Source: a virus. Taken from it: 48,194 nt of DNA. Location of the stretch: the IMG/VR virus record IMGVR_UViG_3300021067_000002, positions 1 to 48,194 of that record; one strand, 5' to 3'. The notes beneath the pieces are model-generated. The model did not search any database, was not told where the DNA came from, and worked only from the letters and a program-made list of their open reading frames with translations. A program made the translations under genes and the position numbers. Below are positions 40,845 through 48,194 of this stretch, piece by piece (position 1 is the stretch's first letter; the number at the start of each line of letters is the position of its first letter).

Positions 40845-41392
40845 GACAGCAGACTGGCAAAACTCTGGAGTGCCTTCAGTGTAAGAAGTCTTTTTACGCT
40901 CCACCCCACCGCCTCAAGGCAGGTGCGGAGTTTTGTTCAGTGCGTTGTTCCGCTCTCTCCCATTGGCAGCGTCCGGCATATCGCACGAAAATGAAACATG
41001 CTCATAGTGGTAATACTGCGTCTCCCGAGACGCGCCACAAAATGAGCTTGGCACAAAAGGCACACATCGCTCGCTCCGGTGCAAACCGCGGTTTTGTTGG
41101 CATAGCCAGTCAAGACCACTGGAATTGGAAAGGTGGAATAACAACTCTAACTGAAAAGCTCCGCAAATCATCCCGGTATACTCAATGGCGGACCAGCGTC
41201 TTCGCACGTGACGACTATGTATGCCAAGCCTGTGGCGAACGTGGCGGTAGGCTTCACGCCCACCATGACCTACCCTTTTCTCAATTTCCTGATCTACGTT
41301 TTGAAGTATTGAATGGAATGACGCTTTGCGTTCCCTGCCACAAGAAAACCCCGACTTTTGGAGGTGCGATAACCAACAGCGTCTATGCGTAA
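40841..41392 (+). CDS. HNH homing endonuclease with a NUMOD3-like motif
   Basis: Motifs are SPETRHKMSLAQK and WRTSVFARDDYVCQACGERGGRLHAHHDLPFSQFPDLRFEVLNGMTLCVPCH. Confidence 0.75.
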   Translation: MRQQTGKTLECLQCKKSFYAPPHRLKAGAEFCSVRCSALSHWQRPAYRTKMKHAHSGNTASPETRHKMSLAQKAHIARSGANRGFVGIASQDHWNWKGGITTLTEKLRKSSRYTQWRTSVFARDDYVCQACGERGGRLHAHHDLPFSQFPDLRFEVLNGMTLCVPCHKKTPTFGGAITNSVYA

Positions 41393-43271
41393 CCTTTCTT
41401 ACACCATAGACGACCTTGGCATCCAGCCTGTCCAGTTTGGCGACGAGGCATTGCCTGATGCAGAAAGCTCATTCTTTGGTGGCATATCACCCGGCTCGAT
41501 TGGGTCGGGTCAAGTCCTGTCAAACCTCGAACAGAAAGCAGGCACGCTCTACAACGGCAAGACCGCGTTTACGAATACTGACACCGGATATCGTTTAGGC
41601 GTTGATGACAGCGATGGTCTAGTTAAGTTTTACATTGGTAACAGCTCCAGCTTCCTTAATTGGACCGGCACCGCGCTTAACATCTCGGGTGCGTTGACTG
41701 CTTCGACAATCGACATTGGCGGCGCTGATGCGACTTCGTTTCATGTCGATGTTGACGGCAACATGTGGTTGGGTGCCTCCACGTTTGCCGCCGCACCCGC
41801 CAAGATTTCAAACGCAGGCGCTGGCACCTTTTCCAGCATGACCATTACGGGCGGCTCGGTATCGGGCACGCCCATCTCTTCGATCCCCAACAACTCATCC
41901 ACGGACCTCTCTCTCTTAGAGAAGACCTGGACGATGGTCTTCAGCTCCACGGACCTCAACACGGTCTCATGGACTTCCGGCACCATCACCCTATCGAACG
42001 GCCGCACGTTTTCAATCTCTGCCGGAAACACCGGCAACATGGCGGCGCTCACCTACATCTATCTTGATCCTGCCGTTTCCTCGACCGTCCTTCAGACGAC
42101 GACAACCGCTGCTACTGCCATGGGTGCCAACAAGGCCCTCATCGGCACCGCGCAGAACAACTCGGTTACGGCGTCGTTCATCCCCTATGGTCCTGGTCAG
42201 CCCTTAGTAGACGGCGCGAACATCGGCGCACTCTCGGTCGTGGCAAACAACATCGCAACCGCGACGATTACCGCGGTCAAGATGAATGTCTCGCAGCTCT
42301 CCGGTATCGCGGCCGACTTAGGCACGATCACTGCGGGGACGGTCACGGGAGCAACCGTGCAGACGGCATCCAGTGGCTCTCGCTTCGTGATGACCTCGAC
42401 CGCCTTCCAAGGAAAGAACTCGGGCGGTGACAACATTTTTGAAGTAGTTATCAACGGCGCGAATGCGGGCGATGTGACGATGGGTAAAGTCTCATCGGGC
42501 AAATACGCGCAGTGGGACGACAGCGCCGGTACTTTTACCATCTTTGGCGCAACAGGAGCAGGCAATGACGTACAGACGTTTAATGCAGACGGCACGTGGA
42601 CCAAACCAACGGCCGGTAACTACACCTATGCTCGTGTCCAAGCGTGGGGTGCAGGAGGCTCGGGTGCGCGCTCGGTAGCAACCGACCCTGCATCCGGTGG
42701 TGGGGGTGGAGAGTATTGCGAGAAAATCTACTTACTGAGTGCGCTTGGATCGACAGAAAGCGTCATCGTAGGAACAGGCGGTGCTGCGGTTACATCCAGC
42801 AGTGCTAACGGCAATGACGGCGAGGACACGACCTTTGACGACTTGACCGCTGCTGGGGGCAAAGGAGGCAAGTACACCGGGGACAGCGTGGTCGCGGGTG
42901 GCAATGGAGGGGACAGCATCTCTTTTGGACAACCCTACTCAGGCAACGGCTCGACCGAAAGCGAACTAGACGGCATATACTCGGGAGCCGGTGGCTGTTC
43001 TCTCTCGTCTGAAAGCACCACCGCACAAGAAGGCGGCAAATCCATATTTGGCGGAGCTGGAGGTGGCGGCGCACGCACCAGCGATGGTGCGAATAAAGCG
43101 GGCGGTTTTTCAAAGAATGGCGGTAACGGCGGTGCGAGCAGTATCACCAATGGTGTCAACGCGACGGCCGGTACCGCTCCAGGCGGCGGAGGAGGCGCTT
43201 TTCACTTTAATGGTGGCTCGGGTAACTCCGGTGCGGGGGCGAACGGCCGTGTAGTAGTAACCTGTTTCTAA
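41385..43271 (+). CDS. Tail fibre/receptor-binding protein with a C-terminal glycine-rich domain
   Basis: 628 aa. The C-terminus reads DVQTFNADGTWTKPTAGNYTYARVQAWGAGGSG...GRVVVTCF. Confidence 0.65.
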   Translation: MRNLSYTIDDLGIQPVQFGDEALPDAESSFFGGISPGSIGSGQVLSNLEQKAGTLYNGKTAFTNTDTGYRLGVDDSDGLVKFYIGNSSSFLNWTGTALNISGALTASTIDIGGADATSFHVDVDGNMWLGASTFAAAPAKISNAGAGTFSSMTITGGSVSGTPISSIPNNSSTDLSLLEKTWTMVFSSTDLNTVSWTSGTITLSNGRTFSISAGNTGNMAALTYIYLDPAVSSTVLQTTTTAATAMGANKALIGTAQNNSVTASFIPYGPGQPLVDGANIGALSVVANNIATATITAVKMNVSQLSGIAADLGTITAGTVTGATVQTASSGSRFVMTSTAFQGKNSGGDNIFEVVINGANAGDVTMGKVSSGKYAQWDDSAGTFTIFGATGAGNDVQTFNADGTWTKPTAGNYTYARVQAWGAGGSGARSVATDPASGGGGGEYCEKIYLLSALGSTESVIVGTGGAAVTSSSANGNDGEDTTFDDLTAAGGKGGKYTGDSVVAGGNGGDSISFGQPYSGNGSTESELDGIYSGAGGCSLSSESTTAQEGGKSIFGGAGGGGARTSDGANKAGGFSKNGGNGGASSITNGVNATAGTAPGGGGGAFHFNGGSGNSGAGANGRVVVTCF

Positions 43272-43273
43272 TT

Positions 43274-43507
43274 ATGAAAAACATCACACTCACCTCAGTC
43301 AAAGTGCGCGAAATCCGTTACCGGCCCAACGACAGCGAGCCAGCCGTCACGATCTTTTATGACGTGCTTGACGGGGACGGAAACGTGGTCGGGCAAAAGG
43401 ATCACTCGTTAAAAATCGAGACACTCACCACCCAGCCGAAAAACGCGATTGCGACCTTTCTCACGCGGTTGTCCACGTTGATCGAAGAGCGCGAACTAGG
43501 GATTTAA
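43274..43507 (+). CDS. Hypothetical protein (77 aa)
   Basis: Clean ORF directly after the fibre gene. It could be a fibre chaperone, but this is a guess from position only. Confidence 0.5.
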   Translation: MKNITLTSVKVREIRYRPNDSEPAVTIFYDVLDGDGNVVGQKDHSLKIETLTTQPKNAIATFLTRLSTLIEERELGI

Positions 43508-43511
43508 ATAG

Positions 43512-43517
43512 TATAAT
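43512..43517 (+). promoter_or_regulatory. -10 TATAAT, 8 nt before the ATG at 43526 (leaderless)
   Basis: Sequence is aaatagTATAATtacaccacATG. Confidence 0.4.
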
Positions 43518-43525
43518 TACACCAC

Positions 43526-44659
43526 ATGGCAAAAGCTGAACCAACTAAGTTCCTCGCTGATAACATGATCGACGGCCAGTCGATTGTGTACGGTGAACAA
43601 GTGCCGAATGAGCGACCCGGCGTGCGCTACGCATTTATCCCAAACGGACAAGGTGGCGTTGATATGTATGTGGTCGGGCGCGAAACGGACGCCCAAGGAA
43701 ACCCATCGTATTCGTACAATATGGGGACCACCCCAGCCATCGCCGCGTCTCTTTATGGCTACACCGGGTACACTCCTACTGCGGCTGAGCAAGCACACTA
43801 TGGCAGTGTCGAGCAAAATATGTTGGCCGGAGCTGGGACGCCTGCGCCTGGCACGCAAGGTACGCCGCCACTCGGACAAGGCGGAACGAGCAGCCAGGCT
43901 ACCCAAGCCGCTGCCGCGACCGACCAGCAGTTTACCGAATGGCTCAACTCGCAAAATCTCTCCAGCGACCAGAAGGCGGCGATTACCTCGCTCTACAACG
44001 CAGTCGGTACGAATGACCTCGAAACAGCCGAGCGCATCAAGAAAGCGATTGCGGCTGGTACTGCATACAGTGATCCATACTTTAAAGCCCAGGCCGCGTT
44101 GCTGACTGACGCGCTTGACCGCGGCATGAACAATATCGACGGCGATTTGGCCTTTAATGAGCAGTCGTTGAACAACCGTCTCCAGGACATCCAAAAAACG
44201 CTCCAGCAATCCGGCGAGTATTTATCCTTCCAGCATACGCAGGAATTAAAAGACCTCGAACGCAAACTGACTGCGGATATGGAAGGTTTGCAAGAAGACA
44301 TGGCCTCCCGCGGCTTTACCAACTCCAGCATCCGCACGAAAAAAACAAACATCCTGACCGACGTGTATGGCGACTTACGAGAAAGCTCGAACCGCGCCTT
44401 CCAATACAAGGTGGACACCAGCACCAACCAGTTGAACACCGCACAGCGTGATACCGCCCTAGAGGTGCAGCGCCTCCAGCAACTTGCCGCCCAGGGCAAA
44501 CTTGATTTGCTCCGCAAGGCCGAGAGCCAGCTTGGCTCTAGTGCGGTCAACAACTTGGGCTACCAAAGTCAGACCCTTGGCGGGATTGGGGGAGAATTAC
44601 CACGGGCGCAAATGCAAGACGCATTAAGTTTTGCATCTAATTCAGGCTTCGTCTTTTAA
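43526..44659 (+). CDS. Internal virion/ejection-protein candidate (377 aa, long coiled coil)
   Basis: Assigned from its Q/L/A-rich helical composition and its position before the giant virion protein. Confidence 0.45.
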   Translation: MAKAEPTKFLADNMIDGQSIVYGEQVPNERPGVRYAFIPNGQGGVDMYVVGRETDAQGNPSYSYNMGTTPAIAASLYGYTGYTPTAAEQAHYGSVEQNMLAGAGTPAPGTQGTPPLGQGGTSSQATQAAAATDQQFTEWLNSQNLSSDQKAAITSLYNAVGTNDLETAERIKKAIAAGTAYSDPYFKAQAALLTDALDRGMNNIDGDLAFNEQSLNNRLQDIQKTLQQSGEYLSFQHTQELKDLERKLTADMEGLQEDMASRGFTNSSIRTKKTNILTDVYGDLRESSNRAFQYKVDTSTNQLNTAQRDTALEVQRLQQLAAQGKLDLLRKAESQLGSSAVNNLGYQSQTLGGIGGELPRAQMQDALSFASNSGFVF

Positions 44660-44660
44660 T

Positions 44661-45755
44661 ATGGCTACCTACAAAGGAATACAGATACCCCCAGGGATGC
44701 AGGGCGCGGAACTCCAAGCCTTCATGGCGTCGATCGACATGTCCCAGGGATCGGCACCCGTCTCAAACACGTCGTCTCTCCCCCCGCTTGATACGCCGAA
44801 AGGTCAAAGCGGTACGATTAATCGCAATCTTGGCACTGCACCCGTATCGTCTGCACCCATGCTCGACACGCCCAAGGGACAGGCAGGCACCATCAACCGC
44901 AACACCAATACCTTGACGAGTAGCCCCACAAGTGCTGGCGGCTTTGGCCTTGGCGGTTTTAAACAGCAACCCAAACAATCGTCGCTCCTCGACTTTGCTA
45001 ACTCGATTGACCAAGCCGTGAACATGGCACAACAGAAGCGCAACGCACTCTCACTTGACATGATGATGCCCTCGCAAGGAACACTCATGGCTAGCGACTT
45101 CAATGGGATTTTGAGCAACCTTAACCAAGCATCCGCTAATTACTCGGGTGATTTGACCAACCGTGCGCTTGAGGCTGCAAAAGGTCCGACCTACAGCTAC
45201 GGCACCGCGACCGACAACGCAGGTAACCTATATCAAGTGCAGTACGACGAGAACGGCATGATGATTGGCCAGCAATTATTGAGCCAAGCTGCGCCACAAA
45301 AACCACTCGAAGTCTCGCCTGGCGCGTCCCTGTATGACACACAGACCGGCCAGCAACTCTATACCGCACCTACGGCTACGCAGATCAACGCGACCAGTGG
45401 TGCTGGCTCATCCCAAACCTCATACTCTGGAACTGGCGGCAGTGGGTCGAGCGGTGGAGCACTCACCATGTCCTCGAAGGATCAAACCGCACTGAAAAAC
45501 GCATTGAACGAGAGCAAGTACCAGGGACCTGAAGCAGACGGCAAATATGTAGACCCGACCTTGTACCTACAAAACTATGAGGCGTGGATACAGGCAGGCG
45601 GATCGAAAGAAGAGTTTTTCCGCATGTTCCCGCCCGCAACCTACATCAACCCCGCAAACACCTGGCTCCCACCTGAGATTATGAACTTTGTTCCTAAACC
45701 GAAATCATCCAGCTCATCATCAAGCCTCGACGACGACATCAACAACGCTTTCTAG
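44661..45755 (+). CDS. Internal virion-protein candidate (364 aa; low complexity, with a tandem LDTPKGQxGTINRN repeat)
   Basis: The Met at 44661 lies 2 nt after the upstream stop. Composition is S/G/Q-rich. Confidence 0.45.
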   Translation: MATYKGIQIPPGMQGAELQAFMASIDMSQGSAPVSNTSSLPPLDTPKGQSGTINRNLGTAPVSSAPMLDTPKGQAGTINRNTNTLTSSPTSAGGFGLGGFKQQPKQSSLLDFANSIDQAVNMAQQKRNALSLDMMMPSQGTLMASDFNGILSNLNQASANYSGDLTNRALEAAKGPTYSYGTATDNAGNLYQVQYDENGMMIGQQLLSQAAPQKPLEVSPGASLYDTQTGQQLYTAPTATQINATSGAGSSQTSYSGTGGSGSSGGALTMSSKDQTALKNALNESKYQGPEADGKYVDPTLYLQNYEAWIQAGGSKEEFFRMFPPATYINPANTWLPPEIMNFVPKPKSSSSSSSLDDDINNAF

Positions 45756-45756
45756 C

Positions 45757-48194
45757 ATGGCCAGCTTTTCCCCAATCCTAAAAAAGAAAACGACCTTTAC
45801 GCCGATACTCTCGACGAAGAGCCAGCAGCAGCAACCGAACTTGAGTATGCAAATTGGTGGGCAGACCACCGCGCAAGTTGCTGGTCCTGGCCATTACGCA
45901 CAAGGCCCTGCACCTTTGGGTGCCGCATTACTTGTCGGTGCGGTGCAAGCCCCCTTTAAAGCGACGGGATCGTTGCTTGCGTCGGCAGAACAGGCGGTCA
46001 CGGGCAAACCCACCACCTTCCAACCCAACGCGATCCAGCGCCCCTTTATGGGGAGTGAGCCCATCTCATCGCTCCAAACCGCTGCGAGTGAGACGTACGC
46101 GGGCCAGCGTGCCCAAGGCTATTCCCCCGCCTTCTCGGGCCTTACCACGGGCTTAGCGGTCTTTGGCGGCACTGCCCTGGACCTTGCCCCATTTGGCGGA
46201 CCCAAGAGTACGGTACGCATGTTAGCCGCAACCAATGATGTAAAAGAAACGGCCAAGATACTCCGCACCATTGGTGTGCAAAACGAGTTTGTCCTGGACT
46301 ACGCCAAACTGATTGCGAGCATGGACAACACGAAGCAGATCGAACAAACCCTCACCAACCTTAACCAACTCCAATCCACCACCAAGGCGAACATAGTGAA
46401 CGGTGTCTCGGCTACCGCCCCGGCTACACTTCCACAAAAGCCGGGAGCTGGAGTATGGCCTACTACTGCGTCAAAACAATCAAAGGCAGACGGTACCTCT
46501 ACTGGCAGCGCACCTACCGGAAAGGAGGGCGTGTCTGCACAGAAAGCAGGTACGTCGGCCCCTTTTGCGGGCAACATCCCCGCTGTGGTCAACCCACCTG
46601 CATTTAGGGGGTTCAAAGATTTAACGACCAAACTTCTTGAAGACCTGAAAGGCCGCTCCACCGTCTCCAAGCAGTACATTCTTGACGCCACCAACCGCCC
46701 TGATCTGAAGCAAGCCGAGCGTGACCTGTTCCGCCGTGTGTTAGACGACATGGATGGCACCACGGTTGACGTGAAGAGCTTTGCCGACCGGGTGAAGGGC
46801 GAGTTGCTGCCGTTGAAGGTGTTCGATAACAAGGCCGCTGGAGGTTATAAAGACAGCCGCATCTACGAAAACATTGTGCTTCCTGACGACTTGCGAGGTC
46901 CTATCGCTAACTACGATGAACATATTTATCAAAGCCCCATTAAAACAAGCGCGGGCGACGTGCATTTTTCCTACTTCAGAGGTATGCCAGAGGAACCTCA
47001 GAGTTACTTCGCCCACTCCCGCATAGAGGACACCACCAAGGACACCCGCCGTGTCATCGAAATCCAATCCGACCTCTTTCAAAAGGGGCGGTTGGAGCTA
47101 GAAGGAAAGCCGCGCGACTACGGCAGCGCGATGGAAGGGAAGTTCTTGCCTGCTGCTGAACAAGCAGAGTTGAAAGAAATCACCCGCGCCATCACGCGCC
47201 AACCGGACGGCCTCACCCCAGCTCAAGAGAAACGCTACAACGAGTTAATCGCCAAAGATAAGCCCGCCGACCGCGCGGCCGAACTCGCCAAACTCGAACC
47301 CTACCGCAACACCTGGTGGGAGCGCGTCATCCGCGAGGAGCTGAAGCAAGCCGCCAAAGATGGCAAGACCAAGCTCCAGTTCCCCACGGGCGAGACCGCG
47401 ATGAAGATTGAGGGGTTGGGCGGCTCAGAACGCATCGCCTTCAACTTCAAAAGCGCCGATGATGGCTACGTTACACCCGAGAAACTCACCAAGGATGCTA
47501 TCGGTAAAGAGGTTGAGGACGTTGCTCACCAATCATGGATCATCACCGACGTGCTCGGTGACGGGAAGTTTAAAGCAATACCAAAACACAAAATCAGCAA
47601 ATACGAAGAGCAGGAGTTGGCTAACGGCAATCTCGTGAATGACGTTGGCAACAGCCGAGACGTGGAAGAGTTCGACATCTCCGGCAAGGTAGACACCGCA
47701 AACCCCATCTACCGCTTTTACGAGAAAGACGTGCAGAAGTACCTGACGAACAAGTTGGGTGCCAAGCGAGTTAAAGACGAGCGCGGTGTGGAGTGGATGG
47801 AGGTGAATGTCTCGAAGGCGATGGCCAAAGCGCCTGTGGAAGCGTTTGGTGGTGCCGCTGGCTTACAGTACGACGAGGAAGGTAACTTGACCTTTGACCC
47901 CGTGGCAGGTGCCGCTGGAGCCTTGGGTATTGGCATGGCACGGAAGGTAAGCAAGAAACTTGAGGGAGGTACGCCAACAGGCGACCGCCCTTTTGACGCA
48001 CGCGCTATACCAGAGCGCTCTCTATCAAAATCGCAACCGCCGCCAGGATCAGGAACCCCATCACGACCTCCTCCAGGCGGCCCGCCAAAAACTCCACAAT
48101 CTTCTTCATATGACGGCAATGTACCACAAGGGGGTAATGCTGTCCAAAAAGTTATCCAGGCGCTGAAAGAAGCAAAGCCCTTAAACAAAGAGCA
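45757..48194 (+). CDS. N-terminal ~770 codons (plus the repeated overlap) of the junction-spanning giant virion polyvalent protein
   Basis: ATG at 45757 lies 1 nt after the upstream stop. I translated the frame by hand to the window end and found no stop. The frame joins 3..2741 across the 127-bp overlap. It contains the motif HFSYF..YFAHSRIED..RRVIEIQSDLFQKGR. Confidence 0.8.
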   Translation, partial: MASFSPILKKKTTFTPILSTKSQQQQPNLSMQIGGQTTAQVAGPGHYAQGPAPLGAALLVGAVQAPFKATGSLLASAEQAVTGKPTTFQPNAIQRPFMGSEPISSLQTAASETYAGQRAQGYSPAFSGLTTGLAVFGGTALDLAPFGGPKSTVRMLAATNDVKETAKILRTIGVQNEFVLDYAKLIASMDNTKQIEQTLTNLNQLQSTTKANIVNGVSATAPATLPQKPGAGVWPTTASKQSKADGTSTGSAPTGKEGVSAQKAGTSAPFAGNIPAVVNPPAFRGFKDLTTKLLEDLKGRSTVSKQYILDATNRPDLKQAERDLFRRVLDDMDGTTVDVKSFADRVKGELLPLKVFDNKAAGGYKDSRIYENIVLPDDLRGPIANYDEHIYQSPIKTSAGDVHFSYFRGMPEEPQSYFAHSRIEDTTKDTRRVIEIQSDLFQKGRLELEGKPRDYGSAMEGKFLPAAEQAELKEITRAITRQPDGLTPAQEKRYNELIAKDKPADRAAELAKLEPYRNTWWERVIREELKQAAKDGKTKLQFPTGETAMKIEGLGGSERIAFNFKSADDGYVTPEKLTKDAIGKEVEDVAHQSWIITDVLGDGKFKAIPKHKISKYEEQELANGNLVNDVGNSRDVEEFDISGKVDTANPIYRFYEKDVQKYLTNKLGAKRVKDERGVEWMEVNVSKAMAKAPVEAFGGAAGLQYDEEGNLTFDPVAGAAGALGIGMARKVSKKLEGGTPTGDRPFDARAIPERSLSKSQPPPGSGTPSRPPPGGPPKTPQSSSYDGNVPQGGNAVQKVIQALKEAKPLNKE
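48068..48194. repeat. Terminal overlap, copy 2 (identical to 1..127)
   Basis: See copy 1. Confidence 0.95.

Noticed and set aside
1-48194. CRISPR arrays, rRNA, retron/DGR reverse transcriptase, and toxin-antitoxin pairs of known type
   Set aside because: I saw no spaced direct-repeat array and no rRNA-like segment. No ORF carries RT motifs (YxDD) or recognisable TA family motifs. Absence is judged by eye only.

Overview
The window is a complete, circularly closed genome of a temperate tailed phage, about 48,067 bp unique. Bases 1..127 are identical to 48068..48194, which is an assembler-style k-mer overlap. One ORF of about 1,683 codons runs through that junction.

Gene layout, treating the sequence as a circle:
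- 30992..45755 (+): packaging and morphogenesis. Contains TerS, TerL, a GroES-like protein, scaffold and decoration candidates, the major capsid protein, virion and tail proteins, a fibre and internal-protein candidates.
- 45757..wrap..2741 (+): a giant polyvalent virion protein with a C-terminal SleB-like cell-wall hydrolase domain.
- 2788..9467 (+): portal candidate plus fibre-like proteins.
- 9495..9812 (-): a reverse-oriented secreted 'moron'.
- 9961..11521 (+): lysis genes, a two-domain cysteine-peptidase endolysin and a holin-like protein.
- 15458..11864 (-): leftward early operon with micro-ORFs, ERF annealase, an SSB-like protein, a wHTH protein, YopX and two HNH genes.
- 15818..19756 (+): rightward early region, including a GcrA-like regulator.
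- 19737..21460: integrase, an attP candidate carrying a tRNA 3' fragment, and an excisionase-like gene.
- 21790..28841: a conjugative-element-like block. It holds a membrane-anchored FtsK/T4CP-like ATPase and a degenerate paralogue, a Replic_Relax-like protein, a DUF736-like protein, a CHC2 zinc-finger primase-like protein and a DUF932-like protein.
- 28892..30988 (+): NinG-like and HNH genes plus small genes.

The most notable observations are the conjugation-like DNA-translocation module inside a tailed phage, and a highly structured 143-nt inverted-repeat element just upstream of it. At least 10 -10 boxes lie 6-9 nt from start codons with no SD, implying leaderless transcription. Operator-like repeats sit between divergent early promoters, and a ~200-nt structured leader with pseudoknot topology precedes an HNH gene. 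Seven HNH endonuclease genes are present.

No CRISPR array, rRNA, complete tRNA or reverse transcriptase was seen. All protein family calls come from motif recognition by eye, with no database search run. Host is unknown, but several families (GcrA-like, P4/DUF4102-type integrase, DUF736, DUF932) hint at Alphaproteobacteria or other Proteobacteria.
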